The translations under genes were made by a program, and so were the position numbers. Positions 37,515-47,696 of a DNA stretch of 64,000 nucleotides are shown one piece after another. The DNA comes from Terriglobia bacterium (GTDB taxonomy: Bacteria > Acidobacteriota > Polarisedimenticolia > Polarisedimenticolales > JAIQFR01). The notes under the pieces were generated by a model. It was not told where the DNA came from. It searched no databases and was given only the letters and a program-made list of their open reading frames with translations. Every line of letters starts with the position of its first letter. Position 1 is the first letter of the stretch. The stretch lies in contig CAVVHE010000008.1 in NCBI GenBank assembly GCA_963748015.1, forward strand, positions 352,001-416,000. Direction: 5' to 3'.

Positions 37515-39572
37515 TCAGCGAACCTGCCCGACGGCCTGCACGCGCACGCCGTCGGGGATCTCGAGGATGGACAGGAACGGCACGCTCGGGAGGGCCGTCT
37601 CCGTCATCCTGCGAAGCACCGCACGCACTTCCGTCGAGCCGCAGAGCACCGCCGCCGGCGCGCCGGTCGGCACCTCGCGAATCGCGTTCGCGACGCGGTG
37701 GACCAGGGAGTGGGTGAGCCGCGGGTCGGGCGCGGCCGCCCTCCCCTCGGGACCGGGCGCCAGGAGCTCGCGGATGTCCCGCTCGATGTCGGGAGAGAGC
37801 GTGACCACCCGGATCGCCCCCTGCTCGACGAGCGGGCGGACGAGCGAGCGGCTCATCGCCTGCCGGACCTGTCCGAGCACCGTCTGCAGGTCCACGTTCT
37901 GGCCGCCGCAGTCGGCCATCGCCTCGGCGATCGTCTGCAGGTCGCGGATCGAGACGCGCTCCCTGAGCAGCGACTGGAGGACCTTCTGGACCTGTCCGAG
38001 CGAGAACCGCTCGGGGATCAGCTCCTCCACCAGCTTCGGCGCCGACTTCGAGAGCGTGTCGAGCAGCTTCTGCGTCTCCTGCCGTCCGAGCAGCTCGGGC
38101 CCGTGGCGGCGGATGGTCTCGGCGAGGTGCGTCGCGAGGACCGACGTGCGGTCCACGACGGTGTAACCCGCGGCGCGCGCCCGCTCGGAGAGCGGCTCGC
38201 GGATCCACAGCGCCTCGATGTTGAAGGCGGGATCGGTGGTCTTCTCGCCGTCCATCTTCTCGATCGCGTCGCCCGGATCGATGGCCAGCACGCGGCCCCG
38301 CGGGAGGCGGGCGCGCCCGATCTCGGCGCCGCGCAGGAGGATCTGGTACTCGTCGGGCCCGAGGCGCAGGTTGTCGCGCACGCGGACGGGGGGCACGACG
38401 AGTCCGAGGTCGAGGGCGATTTGCCGCCTTATCCCGCGGATCCGGTCGAGGAGGCCGCCGGGGCTCTCCGACCCCGCGAGGTCCACGAGCTCGTAGCCCA
38501 CCTCGATCGTGAGCGGGTCCACGGCCAGCAGCGGCTCCACGGGCTCTTCGGGCGGAGGACCGGCGGGCACCTCGATCGCGGCCTCGGCCGACGCCTTCTC
38601 CTGCCGGCGCAGCGCCGACGAGAGGGCCCCGAGCAGGGCGGCGAGGGTGAGGAACGCGACGGTCGGCAGCCCCGGGATCAGCGCCATCGCCGCGAGCGCG
38701 CCGGCGGCCACGCCGATCGGCTTCGGGTTGGCGAAGAGCTGTCCGGTCATCTCGGCGCTCAACTCGCGCCCCGTGTCCGCGCGCGTCGTCACGAGGCCGC
38801 CCGCCACCGACACGAGCAGCGCCGGGATCGCGGTGACCAGGCCGTCCCCGACGGTCAGCACCGAGAAGGTCCTGAGCGCCTCGCCGGCGGACATCCCGGC
38901 CTGGAGCATGCCGATCGCGAGACCCGCGATCAGGTTGATGGCGACGATGATCAATGCGGCGACGGCGTCCCTCTGCGTGAACCGCACGGCGCCGTCCATG
39001 GATCCGTAGAATCCCGCCTCGTCCGACAGCGCCTTGCGGCGGGCCCTGGCCTCGTGCTCGTCGATCAGCCCCGCGTTGAGGTCCGCGTCGATGGACATCT
39101 GCTTGCCGGGCATTGCGTCGAGCGTGAACCGCGCGGCGACCTCGCTGATGCGCGTGGCGCCGTGGTTGATCACCACGAACTGGACGGCGAGGATCACCAG
39201 GAACACGACCAGCCCGACCACGAGGTTGCCGCCCACCACGAACTGTCCAAAGGCCTGGATCACGTGGCCGGCTGCCGAGGTCCCCTCGGGTCCGTGCAGC
39301 AGGATCCGCCTCGTCGACGCGATGTTGAGCCCGAGCCGGAACACCGTCAGCAGGAGCAGGGTCGAAGGGAAGACCGAGAAGTGGACGGGGCTCTTGACGT
39401 ACACCGTGGTGAGCAGGACGACCATGCTCAGCGCGATGTCCATGCTGATCAGGAGGTCGAGCAGGATCGTGGGGAGCGGCACCACCATGATGCCGACGAG
39501 GCCGACGACGGCGATCGGCAGGGCGAGCTGCGCCCCGCGGAGGAGTGTGCCGTCCGCGCGGGATTCGCTCAA
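37515..39572 (-). CDS. flhA: Flagellar export gate protein FlhA
   Basis: RISEVAARFTLDAMPGKQMSIDADL and FYGSMDGA motifs. Confidence 0.97.
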   Translation of the reverse strand: MSESRADGTLLRGAQLALPIAVVGLVGIMVVPLPTILLDLLISMDIALSMVVLLTTVYVKSPVHFSVFPSTLLLLTVFRLGLNIASTRRILLHGPEGTSAAGHVIQAFGQFVVGGNLVVGLVVFLVILAVQFVVINHGATRISEVAARFTLDAMPGKQMSIDADLNAGLIDEHEARARRKALSDEAGFYGSMDGAVRFTQRDAVAALIIVAINLIAGLAIGMLQAGMSAGEALRTFSVLTVGDGLVTAIPALLVSVAGGLVTTRADTGRELSAEMTGQLFANPKPIGVAAGALAAMALIPGLPTVAFLTLAALLGALSSALRRQEKASAEAAIEVPAGPPPEEPVEPLLAVDPLTIEVGYELVDLAGSESPGGLLDRIRGIRRQIALDLGLVVPPVRVRDNLRLGPDEYQILLRGAEIGRARLPRGRVLAIDPGDAIEKMDGEKTTDPAFNIEALWIREPLSERARAAGYTVVDRTSVLATHLAETIRRHGPELLGRQETQKLLDTLSKSAPKLVEELIPERFSLGQVQKVLQSLLRERVSIRDLQTIAEAMADCGGQNVDLQTVLGQVRQAMSRSLVRPLVEQGAIRVVTLSPDIERDIRELLAPGPEGRAAAPDPRLTHSLVHRVANAIREVPTGAPAAVLCGSTEVRAVLRRMTETALPSVPFLSILEIPDGVRVQAVGQVR

Positions 39573-40666
39573 GGTCTGGCCTCCTCACCCGGCGAGGCGG
39601 TGCGGCGTCCGCGTCCCTTGCGGTGGAGAACCAGCGCGAGGACCTCGGCGACGGCCCGGTACAGGGCCACCGGGATCTCGCCACCGAGCGGAACGGACTT
39701 GTAGAGGGCCCGCGCGAGCGGCGGGTCGCTCAAGATCGGGATGCCGTTCGCGATGGCGATCTCGCGGATGCGCTCGGCCAGCTTCGCGCGCCCCTTGGCC
39801 AGCACCTTCGGCACCTCGCTCTCGCCGGGCTCGTAGCGCAGCGCCACCGCGAAGTGGGTCGGGTTCGTGACGACGACGGTGGCCTTGTGGACGTCGGCCA
39901 TCATCCGGGAGCGAGCGAGCGACAGCTGCTTCGAGCGCATCCGGGAGCGCATGAGGGGATCGCCCTCGAGCTCCTTGTACTCGTCCCGGATCTCCTTCTT
40001 GCTCATCATCAGCGACCGTACGTGGTCGTAGCGCCGGAACAGCCAGTCGAGCACCGCGAGAACCGCGGCGAGGATCGTCACCCGGAACACGACGGTGCCG
40101 CCGAGGCCGAGCAGCGCCCCCAGCGTGCCCTCGGCGCCCGGCGCCCCCTCGGACGAGGAGAGAATCGCGTCGCGCGCGGCGGTGTAGGCCACCGCGCCGT
40201 AGAGGAAGGTCTTCACGACGACCTTCAGCACGTCCACCCAAGGCCGGAGCGAGAACACGCGGCCGAGGTTCTTCACCGGATCGAGCCGGCTCCAGTTCGG
40301 CTTCAAGGGCTCGAGGGTCAGCGGGGGAGGCCCCTGGAGGACGTTCCCGGCGATGCCTGCCGCCGCGAGCACGCCGAGCGGCGGCAGCAGCAGCGCGCCG
40401 GTCGCCGAGGCGGTGGAGCGGAGGATCGCGAGCAGGCCGGTCTGCGTGAGGTCGGGAGCGGCGAGGCTCGCGAGCGAGCCCGCGAGGAAGTCGCGCATCC
40501 GGTCGAGCCAGCCCGAGCCGGCGACGCGGCAGAAGATCAGGAATCCCGCGAGCACCAGCACGCCGGGGATCTCCGCGCTGCGCGCGACCTGCCCCTTCTC
40601 CCTCGCCTTCAGGAGGCGGCGGGGAGTCGGTTTCTCGGTTCGCTGCGAGCGGTCCTCGGTCGCCAC
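39569..40666 (-). CDS. flhB: Flagellar export switch protein FlhB
   Basis: TEKPTPRRL motif and NPTH autocleavage motif. Confidence 0.96.
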   Translation of the reverse strand: MATEDRSQRTEKPTPRRLLKAREKGQVARSAEIPGVLVLAGFLIFCRVAGSGWLDRMRDFLAGSLASLAAPDLTQTGLLAILRSTASATGALLLPPLGVLAAAGIAGNVLQGPPPLTLEPLKPNWSRLDPVKNLGRVFSLRPWVDVLKVVVKTFLYGAVAYTAARDAILSSSEGAPGAEGTLGALLGLGGTVVFRVTILAAVLAVLDWLFRRYDHVRSLMMSKKEIRDEYKELEGDPLMRSRMRSKQLSLARSRMMADVHKATVVVTNPTHFAVALRYEPGESEVPKVLAKGRAKLAERIREIAIANGIPILSDPPLARALYKSVPLGGEIPVALYRAVAEVLALVLHRKGRGRRTASPGEEARP

Positions 40667-40672
40667 GGCCGC

Positions 40673-41467
40673 CTACCTTCCCGCCAGCGCGGCCACGATC
40701 GCCGCGCCGTCCGATGCGAAGGTCCGTCCCATCCAGCCGATGGCGGAGCCGGTCGCGGACGCGAGGAGGGCGAGCGCGACGATCCCCGCGGCCATCTTGG
40801 CCGGGTAGCCGACGGTCAGGATCTGGAACTGCGGCAGCGCCCGCCCGACCAGCGCCATCACGAGGTCCACGGCGAACGTGACCACGAGGGCCGGCGCCGC
40901 GAGCTCGACCGCCACGGTGAACATGCGCATGCCGAGCAGTCCGACCACCTGGTCGAGGTGCCTGGCACTCGGGAGCGCGACCGCGGGCGGGAGCCACTCG
41001 TAGGAGTCGCGCAGCCCCGCGATGAAGACGTGGTGGAGGTTCGCCGCGAGGAACAGCGACGTCGCCATCAGGTTCTGGAAGAGGATGGTCACCATCCCCT
41101 GGTCGCCCGTGAGCGGATCCACCATGGACGCGAGCGAGAAGCCGGACTGCCCGGCGACGAGCGCCGCGGACGCCTCGATCCCGGCGAACAGGGCGCGCGC
41201 GGCGAAGCCGAGCCCCAGCCCGACCGCCAGCTCGCGGATCGCCACGATCGTCCACGACACCGCGTCCGCGGGGGGCACGACCAGGGTCGGCGCGATGGGG
41301 AGCATGACGAGCGCGAGCGCAACGGCGAGCGACACGCGGATCCTCGCGGGCAGGATGTCGGCGCCGAGGACCGGGCAGAACACGACGAGCCCTCCCGTCC
41401 GGAGCAGGACCAGGGCGAAGCGGGACGCCTCGCCGAGGAGGTCCAGGCGGGCGAGGGCCTCGATCAT
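40673..41467 (-). CDS. fliR: Export apparatus protein FliR
   Basis: Multi-TM protein; MVDP and RALPQFQIL motifs. Confidence 0.93.
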   Translation of the reverse strand: MIEALARLDLLGEASRFALVLLRTGGLVVFCPVLGADILPARIRVSLAVALALVMLPIAPTLVVPPADAVSWTIVAIRELAVGLGLGFAARALFAGIEASAALVAGQSGFSLASMVDPLTGDQGMVTILFQNLMATSLFLAANLHHVFIAGLRDSYEWLPPAVALPSARHLDQVVGLLGMRMFTVAVELAAPALVVTFAVDLVMALVGRALPQFQILTVGYPAKMAAGIVALALLASATGSAIGWMGRTFASDGAAIVAALAGR

Positions 41468-41733
41468 CCGAGCACCGCGGGGAGCGCGGCGAAGATGTGC
41501 CGCGTGAAGTCGAGGAGCGTGTGGATCATCCAGTTGCCGGCGATCAGCAGCGCCGCGGCGACGGTGATGATCTTGGGGACGAAGGTCAGCGTCGCGTCCT
41601 GAAGCGAGGTCGCCACCTGGATGAGGCTCACGACGATGCCGACCAGCAGGCTCGCCGCGAGCATCGGCATCGCGACGAGGAGCGCCACCTGGAGTGCCTG
41701 CCGGCTGATCTCGAGTACGAAGGTCTCGCTCAT
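41464..41733 (-). CDS. fliQ: Export apparatus protein FliQ
   Basis: QVATSLQDATLTFVPKI motif. Confidence 0.95.
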   Translation of the reverse strand: MSETFVLEISRQALQVALLVAMPMLAASLLVGIVVSLIQVATSLQDATLTFVPKIITVAAALLIAGNWMIHTLLDFTRHIFAALPAVLG

Positions 41734-41737
41734 GGTG

Positions 41738-42442
41738 TCACCGGAAGCTCTGGACGAGTGAGCCGACGAGGAGATGCCAGCCGTCCACCATCACGAAGAG
41801 GAGGATCTTGAAGGGGAACGAGATCATCACGGGGGGCAGCATCATCATGCCCATCGAGAGGAGGACCGACGACACGACCAGGTCGATGACGAGGAAGGGC
41901 AGGAAGAGCAGGAAGCCGATCTGGAATCCCGTCTTCAGCTCGGAGATCAGGAACGCCGGCATCACGACGCGGAGCGGCACGTCGGCGCGGGTGGCGGGGC
42001 GGGGAATCTTCGCCAGACCCGCGAACAGCAGGAGGTCGCTCTCCCGCGTGTTCCGGAGCATCCAGTCCTTGACCGGCGCGAGACCCTGCTGGAGCGCCTG
42101 CTCGCCGGCGACCTGCCCCGACTGGTAGGGGACGACGGCTTCGTCGTACACGCGCTGCCCGACGGGGGACATGATGAAGAAGGTGAGCATCAGCGCGAGG
42201 CCCGCGAGGACCTGGTTCGGCGGGACCGTCTGCGTGCTGAGCGCCTGCCGGAGGAAGTGGAACACGATGATCAGCCGCACGAACGACGTGAACAGGATCA
42301 GCACCGAGGGGAGGATCGCCAGCACGGTCATCACGAGGGCCACCTTGACGACGGTGGACATCCCCGACGGCTGCGCGAGCTCGCCCAGGTTCACCGAGAG
42401 GCTGGGGGGGAGGGCGGCGGCGGGGACGAGGAGCGCGATCAC
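41738..42442 (-). CDS. fliP: Export apparatus protein FliP
   Basis: TSFVR, PPNQVL, SELKTGFQIG and MGMMMLPP motifs; GTG start overlaps the fliO stop. Confidence 0.95.
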   Translation of the reverse strand: MIALLVPAAALPPSLSVNLGELAQPSGMSTVVKVALVMTVLAILPSVLILFTSFVRLIIVFHFLRQALSTQTVPPNQVLAGLALMLTFFIMSPVGQRVYDEAVVPYQSGQVAGEQALQQGLAPVKDWMLRNTRESDLLLFAGLAKIPRPATRADVPLRVVMPAFLISELKTGFQIGFLLFLPFLVIDLVVSSVLLSMGMMMLPPVMISFPFKILLFVMVDGWHLLVGSLVQSFR

Positions 42443-42789
42443 GACGCGGCTCCTCTCTCCGACGCCTCGGCGAGGACCGCCTTGAAGTCGCCCGCGCACG
42501 GAAGGCCGGTGTCGAGGTCGCGGAGCAGGCGCACGCCGTCGGCGGAGACGCCGAGCAGCAGGCGCTTCCCCTCGACACGGAGGATCGCGACGGAGGCGCC
42601 GCGGGTCAGCACCGCGCGGTCGAGCACCTCGAGCTGCCGCCGCGACGCGCGGGCGCCGCGATGCCAGCGGAGGACGGCCCAGGCGGCGGCGCCCATCAGC
42701 GCGAGGGCGGCGGCCATCCGGAGCGCCGCGCCGACGAGCGACGGGGCCGCGTCCGGCACCGCCGCGAGCGCGTCAACGGGCGGCGTCAT
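42439..42789 (-). CDS. fliO: Export protein FliO
   Basis: One TM helix, then LEVLDR..L and RLLLGVS; directly upstream of fliP. Confidence 0.85.
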   Translation of the reverse strand: MTPPVDALAAVPDAAPSLVGAALRMAAALALMGAAAWAVLRWHRGARASRRQLEVLDRAVLTRGASVAILRVEGKRLLLGVSADGVRLLRDLDTGLPCAGDFKAVLAEASERGAAS

Positions 42790-43054
42790 CGTCGTCCCCC
42801 GCCACGCCGACGAGCTTCAGCGCGATTCCCTTGCCCGACGCGACCGCGTCCACGCGCCCCAGCTCCACCCCGCCCGAGATCAGGTCGAAGGGCACGCCGA
42901 CCGGCCGGTCGAGGGCGATCACGTCTCCCGGCGCGAGCGAGGCGAGCCGCGCGGCCTTGCAGCGCGAGCGTCCCACGCGCACCCGGATCGGGATCGGCAC
43001 GGTCTCGAACCCCGCGTACTTGGACCCCGGATCGTCTGGACCTTGCTCGCTCAC
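42773..43054 (-). CDS. fliN: FliN-like SpoA-domain protein (copy 2)
   Basis: VPIPIRVRVG and LAPGDVIALDRPVG motifs; heads the fliO-P-Q-R operon. Confidence 0.8.
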   Translation of the reverse strand: MSEQGPDDPGSKYAGFETVPIPIRVRVGRSRCKAARLASLAPGDVIALDRPVGVPFDLISGGVELGRVDAVASGKGIALKLVGVAGDDDDAAR

Positions 43055-43080
43055 GGATTGATCCTCCGAAGGGGGGCAAA

Positions 43081-43096
43081 AGCAACGCCCGTACCA
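43081..43096 (-). promoter_or_regulatory. sigma54 promoter of the fliN-O-P-Q-R-flhB-A-F-G-fliA-M-N operon
   Basis: TGGTAC-GGGCG-TTGCT. Confidence 0.8.
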
Positions 43097-43233
43097 CGGA
43101 AGCCAATCCGCCTATCTGTTGCAATGGCTCGGGTTGGCCGGAGTGGCTCCGCCACGGGGCGCGCGGGGTGCCGGCGCGCCGACACCCGCGGGACCGGTCG
43201 ACCGGATTCTCGACGGGGGGCAGGGGGCTCGGA

Positions 43234-43274
43234 CAAAAGCAAAGGGCCCGGATCCCTGGGAGGGATCCGGGCCC
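43234..43274 (-). terminator. Intrinsic terminator after flgE
   Basis: Perfect 14-bp stem (43244-43257/43261-43274) followed by TTTGCTTTTG on the minus strand. Confidence 0.8.
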
Positions 43275-43295
43275 GCCGAGCACAGGGGTGGGAGG

Positions 43296-44606
43296 TTACC
43301 GCTTCAGGTTGAGGGCTTCCTGCATGATCTGGTCGGTGGTGGTGATGATCCGGCTGTTGGCCTGGTAGCCGCGCTCGCTGACGATCAGGTCGGTGAACTC
43401 CTGCGTGATGTCCACGTTCGAGAGCTCGAGGCTGTTCGCGGACAGCATGCCGCGGCCGCCGGAGTTCGCGCCGCCGATCGTGGCCGGGCCGGACGCGTTC
43501 GTCTCGAGGTAGGAGTTCATCCCGTTCTTGAGCAGTCCGTTCGGGTTGTTGAAGGTGGCGAGCGCGAAGCGCGCCATGTCGAGGGTGACGCCGTTCGTGA
43601 ACACGCCCGCCATCAGCCCGTCCTGGTCGATCGTGAGGGCGCGCAGCCGTCCGACGCCGTAACCGTTCTGGTTGGTGGACGAGGTCGCGGACGGCCCCGC
43701 GAAGCCCGTGATGGTCCCGGCGTTGGCGTCGTCGAAGAGGCGCCACTCGAAGGCCTGGCCGGCGGCGCCGTTCGTCCAAGCCGGCGTGTTGAGGGTCACG
43801 GCGCCGCTCGGCGAGGTGAGCTGACCGGCGGAGTCGAAGGTCACGGTGCCCGTTCCGATCTGGAACGGCGTCCCCGCGGTGCCGCCCGTGACGTCGTCGC
43901 CGGGGACGGTCGCCGTGTAGGTCCACTGGTCCCGGATGCCGTCGGCGTTGGTGTCCACGGGACGGAAGCTGAGCGTCACGTTGTGACGGGCGCCGAGCGA
44001 GTCGTAGACGGACATCGTGGTCGAGAACACCCCCGCCTCGTCCAGCGCGGTCGCCGGGTCGTCCACCGCCGCGTCGGCGCTGAGGTTGATCTGCGTGGAG
44101 ATGAAGCTCGTGGCCTGCGGCGGCGCGCCGAGTCCCACGGGGACCTGGATGTTGCCGATGCTTCCCGAGGTCACGATCTGGCCGTTGGCGTCGCGCTGCG
44201 TGTAGCCCTGGACGAACTGGCCGTTCGACGTCACCAGGTTGCCGTCCTTGTCGAAAGTGAAGTTCCCGGCTCGGGTGAGCGTCTGGGCGCCCGCCCGGTC
44301 GGCGAGGACGAAGAAGCCGTTCCCCTGGATCGCCACGTCGGTCACGAGGCCCGTGGTCTGGAGCGAGCCCTGGCCGAAGATCTGGTCGATCCCGGCGATC
44401 TGGGTTCCGAGGCCGACCTGCTGCGGGTTCCCGGCTCCGTTGACCCCGGCCCCGACGCCCGCCTGGCTGAAGATGTCCTGGAACGTGACCCGGCTGGCCT
44501 TGAATCCGACCGTGTTGACGTTGGCCAGGTTGTTGCCGATCACGCTCAAACGACCCGCGTTGGCCTGAAGTCCCGAAAGCCCGGCGTAGAAGGAGCTGAA
44601 TGCCAT
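43296..44606 (-). CDS. flgE: Flagellar hook protein FlgE
   Basis: GLSGL, IGNNLANVNTVGFK, VYDSLG and LELSNVD motifs. Confidence 0.96.
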   Translation of the reverse strand: MAFSSFYAGLSGLQANAGRLSVIGNNLANVNTVGFKASRVTFQDIFSQAGVGAGVNGAGNPQQVGLGTQIAGIDQIFGQGSLQTTGLVTDVAIQGNGFFVLADRAGAQTLTRAGNFTFDKDGNLVTSNGQFVQGYTQRDANGQIVTSGSIGNIQVPVGLGAPPQATSFISTQINLSADAAVDDPATALDEAGVFSTTMSVYDSLGARHNVTLSFRPVDTNADGIRDQWTYTATVPGDDVTGGTAGTPFQIGTGTVTFDSAGQLTSPSGAVTLNTPAWTNGAAGQAFEWRLFDDANAGTITGFAGPSATSSTNQNGYGVGRLRALTIDQDGLMAGVFTNGVTLDMARFALATFNNPNGLLKNGMNSYLETNASGPATIGGANSGGRGMLSANSLELSNVDITQEFTDLIVSERGYQANSRIITTTDQIMQEALNLKR

Positions 44607-44627
44607 GACGTACCTCCCGATGCGCGG

Positions 44628-45320
44628 CTACGAGCGGCCCGCGCGGATTTCGATGATGGAATCGAAGGGAATCTCTTGACCGGCGGAGATGAGGGAGATC
44701 CCGTTTCCGCCGAAGTTCACGCCGTCGATCGAGAGGGAACGGAAGAGCTGGACCGTCATCGGCTGCCCCTGGGCGTCGGTCGCCCGCACCTCGATCCGGT
44801 ATTCGCCGTCCGCCAGCTTGTTCCCCGCCGAGTCGGTCCCGTCCCAGCTCAGGGTGGTGCGTCCCGTCGCGGAGCGGTCCAGCTCGATCACGCGGACCGG
44901 CGTGCCGTCCGCCTTGTAGACGGTCAGCGTCGCCTCGTTGGCCGCGCCCGGCAGCGAGTACACGATCGTGTCCGGCTTGCCCTGGTGGATACGGATCGAG
45001 TCACCGCCCTGCACGAGCGCTTCCTTGCCGATCAGTCCCAGCGCCTGAGCGTTGATGAGGTTGGCCTGGCCCATCGCGAGCCCCTGGAGGTTGCCGTTCA
45101 CGTCCATGAGCTGCTCGAGGCTCGAGAACGTCGCCATCTGCGCCACGAACTCCTTGTCGTCCGCCGGTGCCAGGGGATCCTGGTTCTGGAGCTGGGCGAC
45201 GAGCAGCTTCAGGAACTCGTCCTTTCCCAGGGTCCGGGGCTTCGCGTTGCGCGCGGCGTCGGCTGCTTGCGCGGCGCTCGCGGCGCTCGTTACGGGATCG
45301 GTGACGGGTGCGGTTTCCAT
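44628..45320 (-). CDS. flgD: Hook-capping protein FlgD
   Basis: FLKLLVAQLQNQDPL, QMATFSSLEQ and WDGTD..G..LADGEY motifs. Confidence 0.96.
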   Translation of the reverse strand: METAPVTDPVTSAASAAQAADAARNAKPRTLGKDEFLKLLVAQLQNQDPLAPADDKEFVAQMATFSSLEQLMDVNGNLQGLAMGQANLINAQALGLIGKEALVQGGDSIRIHQGKPDTIVYSLPGAANEATLTVYKADGTPVRVIELDRSATGRTTLSWDGTDSAGNKLADGEYRIEVRATDAQGQPMTVQLFRSLSIDGVNFGGNGISLISAGQEIPFDSIIEIRAGRS

Positions 45321-45368
45321 CTTCGCTGTCTCCGCGCGCTCGGATTCATCGCGCGCAGCCGTGTATCA

Positions 45369-45384
45369 AGCAGGGTGCGTGCCA
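45369..45384 (-). promoter_or_regulatory. sigma54 promoter of flgDE
   Basis: TGGCAC-GCACC-CTGCT. Confidence 0.75.
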
Positions 45385-45497
45385 GCAGGAAAAGCGACCG
45401 ATCGCCATGAAATTCGCCGCCGCGCGCGGCCCGAGCGGCAATTCCTTACCGTGAGCGGCACGAGCCCGCCGCCCCTGCAGGAAGCGCGGGGGGGAGA

Positions 45498-47606
45498 TCA
45501 AACGGTGCGGTCGAGGCGGGACGAGGACGGGGAGCGGAGCGCTGCGACGCGCTCGGTCTCCTGCCGGAAGGAGTTCCAGCGTCTCGAGGGCGCGGCGTCG
45601 TCGGATTCGCCGGCCTGCCCGTGCCGCGCCTCTCCGGCGCCTGGGTCCCTCGAGAAGTCGAGACCGAGCGTGATCTCGGGCTTCCTGAAGCCGGCATCGT
45701 GGAGGTCGGCGGTGAGGCGGGCGAGACCCGGCGCCAGCGCGTCCACCGACGCGCGGGAGGCCGCCACGATCTCGATCCTCACGTGTTGCCCGCGCGTCTC
45801 GATCCGGATGCGCACCGGCCCCAGGTCCGCCGGCTCTAGCGCGAAGCGGACCTGGATCGAGCCGTTCTCGGGCAGCGCGCGGGCGCGGGCGACGATCGCC
45901 TCCGCGAGGCCGTCGTGCCGCAAGGCCACCACGTCGGCGGCGGGCGCGGCGGCCGCGTTCTGCGGCGCGAGCTGGGCCGCGGGCGCCGCGGCCGGCATGC
46001 CGGCGGAGGCGCGGAGCGATTCGACGGCCGCCGAGGACTTCGCCCGGGCCTCTCCGCGGGCACCGTCGTCGTGCGCCGCCGGTCCGACCGGCTCCTCCGC
46101 GGCGCGGACCGCCGGAGCGGAGCCCTCGCGCGGCGCCGCCGCGCGGGGTTGACCGTTCCGCGACGCCACGGCCGGGGCCGGTTCGTCGAGCACCGGCGGT
46201 GCCACCGTGGCCGGCGTCAGCGTGGCCCGGCGCGAGGCGTGCGCGATCAGCGCCGACTCGACCGCGCGCCCCGCCTCGTGGACCCGTCCTCGTTCCGCCT
46301 CGACCTGTTCCCTCGCCGTCGCGAGCCTCGAATCGTCGAACCGGTGGAGGAAGGATTCGCGCTTTCCGCCGCCGGCATCTCCGTGCCGCGTACTGCCGTC
46401 CAACTCGCGGCGCTCCGCGGCGGCGGGGTCGCGAGATACGGCGGCGGGGTCGTGCATGGCGCGGGGCTCGGAGGGGCCGGCTTCGGAGACGGCTCGATGC
46501 GCGAACGGGAGGTGTTCCACGGGCTTCTCGGGGAAGACGGACCCAGCGTGCTTCCCCAGCGCGGCAGCGACGGACGCTTCGGCGAACGCCGCGGTCGCCG
46601 GGGTGCCGTTCATCGGCGCGCGAACCGCTTCGGCGGACGGCTCCGTGGCCACCCTCGACTTCGCGGGAGCATCCGCCGGCGCGCGAACCGCAGCGGTGGC
46701 GGGTTCCGCAGTCGAATTCTCGGTCGCGGGGACGGCGTTCGCCGGGGCCACGGCGGGCGTGAAGACCGTGGCGCGCGCGGGAGCCCTGTCGGCGGGGAGG
46801 TCGTGCGTCGAGGCCGCCGTCGTCGCCGCCAAAGCGTGCTTCGGCGCGGGGTGTTCCGCGGAGGCGACCGCGGCCCCGCTCTCCGGCCCGACGGATACCG
46901 CGGCGCTCGGCGAGCCAGATCGGCCCGGCTCCGCATGGGCTGCGCCCGCCGGGCGCTCCGCCGCGCCGGAGCTCGTCCCCGGCAACTCCGGAGCCGGTTT
47001 CATGCCCTGACCGGCCGCGACCGCGACGCCGCGCGGCGCCGCAGGAAGCGCTTCGTGCACCGCCCGTGGGGCGGCCGCGACGTGCGGAGACCGGACCGTG
47101 GGCGGCTCGGCCACGGTCGCTCGGGGCGCATGGGTCTCCCCGACCGCGCCGTCCGTGACGGCCGCCGAGTTCACCCGAAGAGGAGCGTTTCTCGCGGCGG
47201 GATGGAGAATGCCGCCGCTTCGCGCGGCGGGCGTCTCGCCGTGCGCCGTGTCCTGCGAGACCGCCGCCCGCGCCGTCGCGTCGTGCCGCGCGGCCGCTCC
47301 GGACGTCGCCGTCTTGGAAGGACCCTCGGCCGGGCCGCCGAAAGCGACGGCGGGCACGGGCGCACCGTGAGCTCGCACGGAAGGGCGGGCGATGAGGCCG
47401 CCCACGTCCGCGCCGGGCGGCCGCGCCGCGGCCGGGAGTTGGGCTTCGGGCGTCTTCACGCCGACGGCGGGCAGCAGCGCGGCGTCGAGTGCCGAGTGCC
47501 AGACCTTCGAGCGGGAGGAGCCGCGGCGGGTGCGGGCAGGCGGGCCCGCCGGTCCGGCGGTCTCCGCCGCCTGCGCCGAGGGGGCAATGGGGGTCTTTTG
47601 CGCCAT
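45498..47606 (-). CDS. fliK: Hook-length control protein FliK (about 700 aa)
   Basis: Long Ala/Pro-rich region; C-terminal LEPADLGPVRIRI..LTADLHDAG domain; directly upstream of flgD. Confidence 0.85.
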   Translation of the reverse strand: MAQKTPIAPSAQAAETAGPAGPPARTRRGSSRSKVWHSALDAALLPAVGVKTPEAQLPAAARPPGADVGGLIARPSVRAHGAPVPAVAFGGPAEGPSKTATSGAAARHDATARAAVSQDTAHGETPAARSGGILHPAARNAPLRVNSAAVTDGAVGETHAPRATVAEPPTVRSPHVAAAPRAVHEALPAAPRGVAVAAGQGMKPAPELPGTSSGAAERPAGAAHAEPGRSGSPSAAVSVGPESGAAVASAEHPAPKHALAATTAASTHDLPADRAPARATVFTPAVAPANAVPATENSTAEPATAAVRAPADAPAKSRVATEPSAEAVRAPMNGTPATAAFAEASVAAALGKHAGSVFPEKPVEHLPFAHRAVSEAGPSEPRAMHDPAAVSRDPAAAERRELDGSTRHGDAGGGKRESFLHRFDDSRLATAREQVEAERGRVHEAGRAVESALIAHASRRATLTPATVAPPVLDEPAPAVASRNGQPRAAAPREGSAPAVRAAEEPVGPAAHDDGARGEARAKSSAAVESLRASAGMPAAAPAAQLAPQNAAAAPAADVVALRHDGLAEAIVARARALPENGSIQVRFALEPADLGPVRIRIETRGQHVRIEIVAASRASVDALAPGLARLTADLHDAGFRKPEITLGLDFSRDPGAGEARHGQAGESDDAAPSRRWNSFRQETERVAALRSPSSSRLDRTV

Positions 47607-47633
47607 GTCCACCGCGTCTCCGCGGCGGATCCA

Positions 47634-47649
47634 AGCAGGGGACGTGCCA
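47634..47649 (-). promoter_or_regulatory. sigma54 promoter of fliK
   Basis: TGGCAC-GTCCC-CTGCT. Confidence 0.75.
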
Positions 47650-47696
47650 GGGAAAAAGCGCATCCCGGCGCGCGGCACTCCCGCGCGGCGGTCAGA

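Noticed and set aside
43055..43100. Possible c-di-GMP-I riboswitch (GAA..GCAAAAGC)
   Set aside because: It lacks the GGCAAAC and P1/P2 architecture, lies on the wrong strand for fliN, and coincides with the RBS and sigma54 promoter.
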